From NCBI GenBank assembly GCA_964449955.1, contig CAYVBS010000004.1, positions 1 through 43,114 on the forward strand: DNA of 43,114 bases, given 5' to 3'. The translations under genes and the position numbers were made by a program. The notes under the pieces were generated by a model that was given only the letters and a program-made list of their open reading frames with translations, ran no database searches and had not been told where the DNA came from. Source of the DNA: an uncultured Candidatus Saccharibacteria bacterium. Lineage in GTDB: Bacteria > Patescibacteriota > Dojkabacteria > SC72. This document shows, in pieces, positions 1 through 7,294 of this stretch; the stretch's first letter is position 1; each line of letters opens with the position of its first letter.

Positions 1-3000
1 GGAAGTATCTGGATAGATACCAATATATTGAATGGTAGCGATACAATGCTAATCTCAGCCAAAGGAGAAAAGGGTAATCTTAAAGCTACAGGTTCAGCAG
101 GAGGGGGAAGGATAGCACTTTACTACAACAGCAGTAATATAGATATTCCAACCTATGTATTGAACGGAAAAATAAATACATATGGTTCTAGTATTTCCAG
201 TGCTGAAAGTGGAGGGACAAGAGTATCTGGATCTGGAACTGTGTATATTGAAGATAGGGAGGTGTACGAAGAACATAAAGGTGATCTATATATAGATAAT
301 AATGGTCTTTCTTCACAGATTACTGATTTTGAGGCTAAAGAGTACCTCTTTAATAATTTATATATAGGACCAAACCTGTATGCAAAGGTAAAAGGTAATG
401 CAGAAAATAATTCAGGAACAGTTTTAAACTTAACTGGAGATTTTACTTTAGAAAGCGGTTCTGTAATAGATGGCGTAGGTGAGGGTTTCAGCGCAGCGGA
501 TGGTCCTGGTGCAGGAAACACGGGTACTATTCTTACTGGAGGTGGTGGAGGTGGCCATGGTGGTAGTGGAGGAAACGGCGTTTCGGGAGATGGTAATTTA
601 GCAGGAGGAGGAGTGTTCTATGGAAGTCAGCGTCAACCTCTCACTTTGGGCTCTGGAGGAGGCAATTCAGAATCTGGTGCTGTAGGTGGAAATGGGGGAG
701 GGGCATTTGCTGTATTGGCAAAGCAAGGACAAGTTAATATCTTAGGAGAAATAAATGTAAGTGGTACAGATGGAGCTCCCGCTGAAAGTGGAGGAGGAGG
801 AGGTGGTGGTGCAGGAGGCAGTCTATTTGTATATGCAAATAGCTGCAATATCTCTGGCACACTCTATGCCAATGGAGGAGATGGTGGTAGTGGCGATTTC
901 TCTGGAGGAGGGGGAGGTGGTGGTAGAGTCTCAATCCTTTACATCCAGGGACCATGTGATTTTGCTGGTGCAGTATCGGTACAATCAGGTTCAAGTGAAG
1001 GAGGGCAAGAAGGACAGGTCGGTACATTCCCATCTGAACCTAACTCTGTTCCATTCCCAACAGATTTCCAGAATCAATATGAGATAAAAGGAAGTATGGG
1101 AAGTGGCGATGCTCATGTATTAGGAGTTAATACTTCGGAAGAGTTATTAGGTACTGGAGATGCAGGTGAAGTTGTAGAAGTCCCCATTCCTTTAGGTGGT
1201 ACTGTACAGGGTAATACTATTACATTCAGATCAAGTGTCTTTGATGCTGGGGCATCTTCGCTTACACCCAAGACTCTAAAGATAGAAGTAGAACTTAAGA
1301 AAGTAGGAGAAGACTTTGATGGTACTACAAATATACACTCATCGGACTCAATACTCTTTAGTGGAGGTGATCCAGTAGTACTTGCTGTAAAGGTTGAGGA
1401 TTTAGAACTAGGGACTTCATATAAGTGGAGAGTAAGAGCTGTTAATGTGAATAATCTTCTAGCTAGTGATTGGAGAGATTTCGGTAATAACGGAGATGAA
1501 GCAGATTTTACAATTTCTCAAATCAAGGCATTAACTTTAGAATCAAGCAAAACAGAAGTTGAACTAGGAGAGAAGTTTGATTTGAGAGTAAGTATATATG
1601 ATATGTTTGACAGTATAACTGATCAGTACAGTGGAACCGTACAGTTTACTACCAATACAGATGATGGATATCTAACACCTTCTTCTATTACTTTCGAAGC
1701 AGATATCTCTGCCATAATGGACATTTCTCAGGCAGCATATTTTACTAAACCTGGAACCTATCTAATTATTGCCTACGATGATGAGAATAACCTACTGTAT
1801 GACAGTATAGAGATAACTGTTCTACCTGCTAAGGTACCAACTCTCGAGTTACTTGCAGACAGAGAAAACATAGTAGCCGGCGAAACTGTTACTTTAGCAT
1901 GGGTAAGTGAACATGTAACCAGTTTAGTTCTTTCATATGACGGTGAAGAAATAAATGTAAATGATAAAAGCTCTATCGATGTAAAGCCTACTAGAACTAC
2001 AACATATACCCTAAGTGGAACAGGTGCGAATGGTGAGGATATGAGTTCTTCTGTGGAAATTACTGTACTACCAAGCTCTGACGGGTCTGACTCCGAACTA
2101 GAGTCGGAGAATGAGCCTAAAAACCCAGAGAATGTGGAACAAGGAGGAGAACCAGTAGACGAAGGCGATAACATTCCTCCAATTATAGAAATCCCTAGAG
2201 TAGCTGTCAGTAGTTTTCTTGATAGGATACAGAACAAAGAGGTTGTATCTGCGGTTAGTGTTGCATCCTTAGCTATTGTATATACAACCTACAGTATGTT
2301 AACAACACCTGTATATTTCAAGCAATTACTTACTTTTCTTCTTCCGTTTGTTAGGGTCAGGAAGAAGAAACGTGGCTATATATTAATATATGACTCTATT
2401 ACTCGTGAACCAATAAATGGAGCTGTTGTCAGAGTAATTAACTCAGAGAACAAGTTAATTGAAACAGGGGTTTCAGATATCTTTGGAACTTTAGATCTAC
2501 CATTGAGAGAGGGAAGCTACAAACTAAAGATAATGGCGAGAGGATATTCATACCCAAGTACGATTATCACTGATAAATATGATTCTCCGTTAGAAAACAT
2601 ATATCACGGAGAAGAATTTACTGCTAAAGATGGTAAACCAATTGAATTTTCTATTCCACTTGATCCAGAAAACAATCCGACAGCAAAGTCTCTGTTAAGA
2701 ACTATTGGTAGCAAGCTCTCTATACTGTTACGGACCATTATTTATATCTTAATTGTTGTATCATTCGTACTTTTAATAGCCTCACTCACAGAGGGTATTA
2801 CAGCTATTAAAATTGTTACACTATGTGCATATATTATATTTGTGATACTGAATATTATTGCAATTATCAAAGGAAACAAGTTATACGGTGTTGTAAGAGA
2901 TTCGCAAGGAAATGCTTTAGAAGGAGTTGAGATAGGGATAAGAGATTTAGAATTTGAGCAACTAACTGCAAAGAGAGTTACCGATAAAGAGGGTAGGTAC

Positions 3001-3144
3001 AGATTTGTAATACCTTCTGGGAGATATAAAATAGAAATACTCAATCAAGACTTGGAGCTAGGGTCCGGTCAGCAGACTATGTTCCAAGAGAAAGAGGGTA
3101 GAATTATGATCATAAATCCTACTCTTACAGTAAAGAGAAGGTAA
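1..3144 (+). CDS. Giant cell-surface protein, 5'-truncated by the window edge. Contains a Gly-rich beta-helix-like region, FN3/Ig-like domains, an acidic linker, and a C-terminal TM plus two CarboxypepD_reg-like domains.
   Basis: Frame is open from nt 1 (GSIWIDTNI precedes the TTG at 28). Poly-Gly turns (GGGGGGHGGSGGNG, ESGGGGGGGAGG). FN3-like YKWRVRAVN. Linker SSDGSDSELESENEP. Hydrophobic segments near aa 740-760 and 900-950. Last ~300 aa are paralogous to 39899..41998. Confidence 0.75.
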   Translation, partial: GSIWIDTNILNGSDTMLISAKGEKGNLKATGSAGGGRIALYYNSSNIDIPTYVLNGKINTYGSSISSAESGGTRVSGSGTVYIEDREVYEEHKGDLYIDNNGLSSQITDFEAKEYLFNNLYIGPNLYAKVKGNAENNSGTVLNLTGDFTLESGSVIDGVGEGFSAADGPGAGNTGTILTGGGGGGHGGSGGNGVSGDGNLAGGGVFYGSQRQPLTLGSGGGNSESGAVGGNGGGAFAVLAKQGQVNILGEINVSGTDGAPAESGGGGGGGAGGSLFVYANSCNISGTLYANGGDGGSGDFSGGGGGGGRVSILYIQGPCDFAGAVSVQSGSSEGGQEGQVGTFPSEPNSVPFPTDFQNQYEIKGSMGSGDAHVLGVNTSEELLGTGDAGEVVEVPIPLGGTVQGNTITFRSSVFDAGASSLTPKTLKIEVELKKVGEDFDGTTNIHSSDSILFSGGDPVVLAVKVEDLELGTSYKWRVRAVNVNNLLASDWRDFGNNGDEADFTISQIKALTLESSKTEVELGEKFDLRVSIYDMFDSITDQYSGTVQFTTNTDDGYLTPSSITFEADISAIMDISQAAYFTKPGTYLIIAYDDENNLLYDSIEITVLPAKVPTLELLADRENIVAGETVTLAWVSEHVTSLVLSYDGEEINVNDKSSIDVKPTRTTTYTLSGTGANGEDMSSSVEITVLPSSDGSDSELESENEPKNPENVEQGGEPVDEGDNIPPIIEIPRVAVSSFLDRIQNKEVVSAVSVASLAIVYTTYSMLTTPVYFKQLLTFLLPFVRVRKKKRGYILIYDSITREPINGAVVRVINSENKLIETGVSDIFGTLDLPLREGSYKLKIMARGYSYPSTIITDKYDSPLENIYHGEEFTAKDGKPIEFSIPLDPENNPTAKSLLRTIGSKLSILLRTIIYILIVVSFVLLIASLTEGITAIKIVTLCAYIIFVILNIIAIIKGNKLYGVVRDSQGNALEGVEIGIRDLEFEQLTAKRVTDKEGRYRFVIPSGRYKIEILNQDLELGSGQQTMFQEKEGRIMIINPTLTVKRR

Positions 3145-3146
3145 TG

Positions 3147-3641
3147 TTAATCCTCTTCACTTTCCAAAGTACTTACATACTGAGATAGTATTGAGGGCAT
3201 AATATCATTTAGCTTCTTAGCAGCATCCTCTTCCTCTCTTAATATTGTTGCTATCATTGTCTCTATATCATGCTCATTGAACATTCTACATGCTTCTAGT
3301 ATGACCATATATGTAGCCATCTCAAAATGCTCTGTAGTATGCTCTGCTACCCAGTTCTTAACTATTTGATCATGTGCTAACTCTCCAACCTCTGCTTCAA
3401 GAAAGCCCATTGCTTTACCCAGTCCCTCTTTAACAGAGGGTATATCCTCATCGTGAGCAACTAATATATCATGTAGTCTTTCTGCTTGATTAGCTGTTAG
3501 CTCTTTGTGCTCTCTTATGAGATCTTGATACTCTGGATACTCCTCGGCATCTTTCTCATGTCTTTCCAATACAGTCTCTATCTGTTTTTCCATTACATAT
3601 GCATTCTGTATCCATTTAAAGAATTGTTCTCTGTTTGTCAT
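3147..3641 (-). CDS. Ferritin-like DUF892 (YciE/YciF family) protein
   Basis: AYVMEKQ, EHFEMATY and REEEDAAKKL segments match the YciF-type four-helix-bundle pattern (L..Y.aEKQ, EHYEIASY, EEEKATD). ATG at 3641. Confidence 0.65.
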   Translation of the reverse strand: MTNREQFFKWIQNAYVMEKQIETVLERHEKDAEEYPEYQDLIREHKELTANQAERLHDILVAHDEDIPSVKEGLGKAMGFLEAEVGELAHDQIVKNWVAEHTTEHFEMATYMVILEACRMFNEHDIETMIATILREEEDAAKKLNDIMPSILSQYVSTLESEED

Positions 3642-3803
3642 AGGCTTAAAAATAAAAAATTAAATATATTTAATTTTGTTGTTTTATGAAATTGCGAGTA
3701 GAAGTAGTTTCTGCTCGAGTAGTTTAGTTTGAATATCTAACTATATTAAATTGTACCATGTTTTGAGATATTCTGTTTGTAATTTCAAAGTTATCCACAA
3801 TCC

Positions 3804-4982
3804 ATGGTATCATTGTATATGAGTAGATACGATACACTGATTGAAAACTTGGTAAGTCAGGAAGTAGATATCAACTCTACAGATGAGTATCTAATCACGA
3901 TATACATACCTTTCAACTTTACAAATATTGAAGAAAGTAAGATCAAAGCTAAATCAGCATTGCTTGAGAAATTAAGAAATTACAAAGAGTTAAGTAAGCA
4001 GGGAAGATTCCATGAAGCTTTAGTAGATACCGTAAACTACTACATGAATCAAATACCAGTAGAGAGTAAAGGTGTAGCATTTTTCATAAGGGGGAAGGTT
4101 AGTGATGTACTGGGAGGTAAGGAAAGGAATATACCACAGAGCAATATCACAATATTACCCATATATATAGAGTTTGAATCTGATGTATATATTGGGAAGG
4201 TGTTTAACTTAGATCAGCTTGTATGGAGTAATAGGTGGGATAAAAGTGTATTGGTTGTTACTCTTGAGGTAAACAATACCCTTATCTATGTATATCGGAA
4301 TGATAGGCTAAAACAGGTGTATAAAATGGTTAAGAGCGAATGGGATTTTACTAAGCCTAAGCATTTTGCAAAGACAAATATCACAGGTTACTTTAGTGCT
4401 GTATATGGAAGCGGAAAGGACAAGTTTGAGAGGTTTGATAGGCAGACAGTGGATCTGTTTGTAGATAATGTGCTGGAGAACATAGATGAAGAACTTAGGA
4501 ATGGTATAGATGATGTGATCATATATTACAGTAATGAATTCTCCCCCTTTGTAGATGATATAGAGGAGTATATTTGGAGAAGATTTAATATTAAAGCTAA
4601 ACTAATACACAAAAATCTTAGAGAAAAGGATATTGTAGTAAGAGATGTCTTGGAGGTACTAAAGAGTGAAAGAAAAAGTGTAAAGAGTAGTCTACTTGAG
4701 AAAGCAAAAGCATCAAGTATTCTCTATGTTGAGGGGTGGGAAGATGTAACTGACATGTCTAGAGAGGGTAGAATAGGGACACTGTTTGTACGTCATAAGC
4801 TTAGTCAGGAAGGATATGTGTTGAATGGCTTGGTATATACCGGTAAGGTTGGAGATAGTGAAAGAATTGATAACATATATCCATGGTTAGTAAGAAGTAT
4901 TGTATCTGCAAGCGGAGAGCTGGTCTTGTTCTATGAGGATGACGAGGAGAATGTTGAGGTATCTGCTTTGTTAAGATACTAG
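3804..4982 (+). CDS. eRF1/Pelota-like protein (bacterial archaeo-eukaryotic release factor-like, baeRF) with a degenerate GGQ loop. The start may instead be ATG 3819.
   Basis: VYGSGKDKFERFDRQ aligns to the eRF1 loop GRGGQSALRFARLR (SGK replaces GGQ). The C-terminus ends ...VSALLRY, like eRF1/Pelota GIAAILRY/F. A beta-strand run SVLVVTLEVNNTLIYVY precedes the loop. Confidence 0.5.
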   Translation: MVSLYMSRYDTLIENLVSQEVDINSTDEYLITIYIPFNFTNIEESKIKAKSALLEKLRNYKELSKQGRFHEALVDTVNYYMNQIPVESKGVAFFIRGKVSDVLGGKERNIPQSNITILPIYIEFESDVYIGKVFNLDQLVWSNRWDKSVLVVTLEVNNTLIYVYRNDRLKQVYKMVKSEWDFTKPKHFAKTNITGYFSAVYGSGKDKFERFDRQTVDLFVDNVLENIDEELRNGIDDVIIYYSNEFSPFVDDIEEYIWRRFNIKAKLIHKNLREKDIVVRDVLEVLKSERKSVKSSLLEKAKASSILYVEGWEDVTDMSREGRIGTLFVRHKLSQEGYVLNGLVYTGKVGDSERIDNIYPWLVRSIVSASGELVLFYEDDEENVEVSALLRY

Positions 4983-5074
4983 ACTATAAGGCGGTAAATA
5001 TATTTCCATTTTTATGTTTTTTTTGATAACTTAGAACTTGTGCTTTTTCCGATTAACTTGATCTACTAGTACAC

Positions 5075-5260
5075 ATGAAAGACACATATCTAAACAAGTT
5101 TTTTGCATATACAGTAACTATTTTAATCATTGTAAGTATCATTGCTATTATCTATGTCGCATGGAAGTTTGGTAAAGATGTGAGCAATGTAAATGGTGTA
5201 ACCGATACCAATATGTCTATATTAGAAGGTGAATCCGTTGCGAGTGAGTATGTTAAGTAA
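5075..5260 (+). CDS. Small single-pass membrane protein (hypothetical)
   Basis: 61-aa ORF with one clear hydrophobic helix (YTVTILIIVSIIAIIYVAW). No recognisable family. Confidence 0.4.
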   Translation: MKDTYLNKFFAYTVTILIIVSIIAIIYVAWKFGKDVSNVNGVTDTNMSILEGESVASEYVK

Positions 5261-5263
5261 GGG

Positions 5264-5299
5264 GACTATAAGAGGTCGCCCCTCCGCTATCTTATAGTC
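5264..5299 (+). terminator. Perfect 10-bp hairpin after the small ORF; terminator-like but without a U tract
   Basis: GACTATAAGA (5264-5273) pairs with TCTTATAGTC (5290-5299) around a 16-nt GC-rich loop. It starts 4 nt after the TAA at 5258-5260. Confidence 0.3.
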
Positions 5300-5424
5300 A
5301 GTTCCTCGCATACATATTAACTGAATATTCATTCGTACTCATCAACCCTATATACATTTTTTCCTGGCTTTCTTGTTAAATTCAATCTATCATATATTGT
5401 AATTAAATTGTTAGTAATTTAATT

Positions 5425-5823
5425 ATGACAAAGAAGGAAAGATTGCTAGTTATAGCTATCATCATCTCAGTATTTGGGTTTTCAATTTTCGGTACCATTA
5501 ATCCTGTTGAAGCAAGGACCGATAGAGGTGCTGTAGTATATGAAGTTGGTAGGCATGAGAGAAGCCGAGTCAGAGCTCATGCGAATGACCTAGATGTGGA
5601 GACTAGATGCTACAGAGAGCATAGGGATTCATTTAAGCATACTAAGATGGTAGATATGCTTAGTACTGTTTTAGATATGTCTCCCGAGGATATAGAGGAT
5701 GCCCTAAGCAATGGAGCAAGACCTAAGGATATGCTTGCAGATGCGGGTATAGCAATGCATGATTTGATGGAGGAGTTCAACTTTGAGTTAGTAGGAGAGA
5801 GAGAGTTTGTAAAGTTTAGATAA
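5425..5823 (+). CDS. Small exported or membrane-anchored protein (hypothetical)
   Basis: N-terminal hydrophobic segment LLVIAIIISVFGFSIFGTINPVEA followed by a charged soluble part. No recognised domain. Confidence 0.5.
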   Translation: MTKKERLLVIAIIISVFGFSIFGTINPVEARTDRGAVVYEVGRHERSRVRAHANDLDVETRCYREHRDSFKHTKMVDMLSTVLDMSPEDIEDALSNGARPKDMLADAGIAMHDLMEEFNFELVGEREFVKFR

Positions 5824-5826
5824 AGG

Positions 5827-5854
5827 TTGATATAGTAAGGAAATTTGGTATAAT
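5827..5854 (+). promoter_or_regulatory. Near-consensus sigma70-type promoter with extended -10
   Basis: TTGATA (5827-5832), 16-nt spacer, TGgTATAAT (5846-5854). The same TTGGTATAAT-type box recurs at 8184, 32310 and 42024, the last one upstream of a tRNA. Confidence 0.55.
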
Positions 5855-5890
5855 AAAGAAGCATAACGCCTTGCGTCTATGACGAATTAA

Positions 5891-5916
5891 AACCGGCCAG
5901 CAGTGGTCGGTTTTTT
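5891..5916 (+). terminator. Rho-independent terminator; an A tract on the other side makes it potentially bidirectional
   Basis: AACCGGCCA (5891-5899) pairs with TGGTCGGTT (5904-5912), 9 bp with one G-U, GCAG loop, then a T run to 5916. Preceded by TTAAAA. Confidence 0.6.
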
Positions 5917-5933
5917 GTTAAACCGACTTACAT

Positions 5934-6059
5934 CTTTGTACTAGTGGATCGCTAGTACAAAGGTCTAAAGAAGAGACGTCTTCTTTAGCCAAAACTCTGT
6001 TAAGTGGTGTGGAGTATACTCTCTCACCATGCGGAGTCTGAGTGTACGTCGGACTTCGC
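5934..6059. ncRNA. Candidate structured RNA or long 5' leader (hairpin cluster); strand unresolved
   Basis: Perfect 11-bp stem 5934-5944/5952-5962. Perfect 10-bp stem 5965-5974/5979-5988 with GACG loop. 8-bp stem 6031-6038/6052-6059. The only ORFs here are implausible minus-strand ones. Confidence 0.35.
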
Positions 6060-6126
6060 TTCTTAACAGTTGATATATATCTTCTTTTCTGAAAAAATAG
6101 AGAGAGATAAATTAAAGACTCTTGTA

Positions 6127-6327
6127 ATGAAAGTATCAATAGATAAAAGCCTGTGCGAGATGTGTGCTACATGTGTAGCAATATGTCCTGAAGTATTTGA
6201 AATTAAGGATGACGGTAGTATAGATGTAAAAGACGAGTGGAAGGGAAAGGATATTCCAGCAGAGCTAGAGGACAAGGTTAAGCAGGCACAGGAGATGTGT
6301 CCTAAGAGTGCAATAGTAGAGGGGTAA
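6127..6327 (+). CDS. Small single-cluster ferredoxin (Fe-S)
   Basis: CEMCATCVAICP ... CPKSAI, i.e. the CxxCxxC...CP pattern. ATG at 6127 is preferred over the upstream ORF-track start at 6070. Confidence 0.75.
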   Translation: MKVSIDKSLCEMCATCVAICPEVFEIKDDGSIDVKDEWKGKDIPAELEDKVKQAQEMCPKSAIVEG

Positions 6328-6330
6328 AAT

Positions 6331-6915
6331 ATGGGAGTACATAAAGAAAAAATTCTTTGTATAGAGTCTGAGAAACTTTTTAAATATGGAAAGTGGAATG
6401 GACTTAAGACTGAGGATTTAAACAAATACAAAAAATTAATATCCACCCAAGGAGAGTTTAAAGTAAGAGATGAGCTTGAGAGTGATTCTACATATAAACA
6501 GGTAATTGCTCAGGTAGTACTTAAGTACAAGGATAAATATTTCTTACATAAACAGGTAAACCGAACGGAAGAGAGACTAAACAGCCTATGTCCACTCCCA
6601 TTAGGTGGACATATTGAAGAGTTTGATGAAGGTGATGATATAGTGGAAACAGCTCTGTTAAGAGAGCTTGATGAAGAGGCTGAGGTAAATGCTAATATCC
6701 TTAAGAAGGATTTCTTAGGTTTAGTGTATATAGAGGATGAGAATGAGGTGAATAGGGTGCATGTAGGAATGGTATATGTCTTTGAATTAGATAGTGATGA
6801 TGTGCATATTAAGGAGGATGGTCTAGAGGATGTTGGCTTTGTAAGTTTAGATTACTTAAAAACTAACAAGGAAAAACTTACATTTTGGAGTAGGATAATA
6901 ATTTATCATCTCTAA
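6331..6915 (+). CDS. NUDIX hydrolase family protein
   Basis: Nudix box GGHIEEFDEGDDIVETALLRELDEEAEV (Gx5Ex7REUxEExGU). GAGGGG SD-like motif upstream. Confidence 0.75.
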   Translation: MGVHKEKILCIESEKLFKYGKWNGLKTEDLNKYKKLISTQGEFKVRDELESDSTYKQVIAQVVLKYKDKYFLHKQVNRTEERLNSLCPLPLGGHIEEFDEGDDIVETALLRELDEEAEVNANILKKDFLGLVYIEDENEVNRVHVGMVYVFELDSDDVHIKEDGLEDVGFVSLDYLKTNKEKLTFWSRIIIYHL

Positions 6916-6919
6916 ACAT

Positions 6920-7294
6920 ATGGAAGAGTGCATATTCTGTAAGATAGTAAGAGGTGAGATACCCTCTAAAAAGATATATGAGGATGAGAGTGTATATGCA
7001 TTCTTGGATATCAATCCGAAATCAAAAGGGCATACTCTTGTAATTCCTAAGAAGCATAGTGCAGATATCTTTGAAATAGAGGAGAATGATTTGGAGGATG
7101 TAATTAAAGTAGTTCAACAGTTAGCTGTGCATATCAAGGAGAAACTAAATCCAGAGGGTATGCAGCTTAGACAGAACAATGGAGAAATCGCAGGACAGAG
7201 TGTAAATCACTTACATTTTCATATAATTCCAAAGTATACTAACGAGGATGAATATGATATTGATGAGGTACATCAACTTCTGAAAAAAGATTAG
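6920..7294 (+). CDS. HIT (histidine triad) family nucleotide hydrolase/transferase
   Basis: CIFCKI N-terminus, NPKSKGHTLVIPKKH, histidine triad HLHFHIIP. Confidence 0.85.
   Translation: MEECIFCKIVRGEIPSKKIYEDESVYAFLDINPKSKGHTLVIPKKHSADIFEIEENDLEDVIKVVQQLAVHIKEKLNPEGMQLRQNNGEIAGQSVNHLHFHIIPKYTNEDEYDIDEVHQLLKKD

Noticed and set aside
633-1087. Three overlapping alternative-frame or antisense ORFs (633..860, 734..1033, 761..1087) inside the Gly-rich region
   Set aside because: They are translations of GGN/NCC repeats (poly-Pro, His/Leu-rich, Glu/Val-rich). These are composition artefacts of the long sense ORF, with no independent start context.
1773-2237. 154-aa antisense ORF within the surface-protein gene, and similar antisense ORFs at 153..521 and 2742..3044
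   Set aside because: Ser/Thr/Leu-rich mirror images of the sense frame. The sense ORF is continuous for over 3 kb with recognisable domains.
5934-5988. mini-ykkC (guanidine-II) or TPP riboswitch interpretation of the tandem hairpins
   Set aside because: The loops are TGGATCG and GACG (or ACGT), not the paired ACGR tetraloops. The CTGAG near 6037 lacks the rest of the TPP consensus.
5918-6446. Minus-strand ORFs 5918..6139 and 6063..6446, and the 6070 start for the ferredoxin ORF
   Set aside because: They overlap the hairpin cluster and the ferredoxin and NUDIX genes and have no recognisable motifs. The ferredoxin is better started at ATG 6127 (MKVSIDKSLCEMC), because the extension MIYIFFSEKIERDK is not ferredoxin-like.
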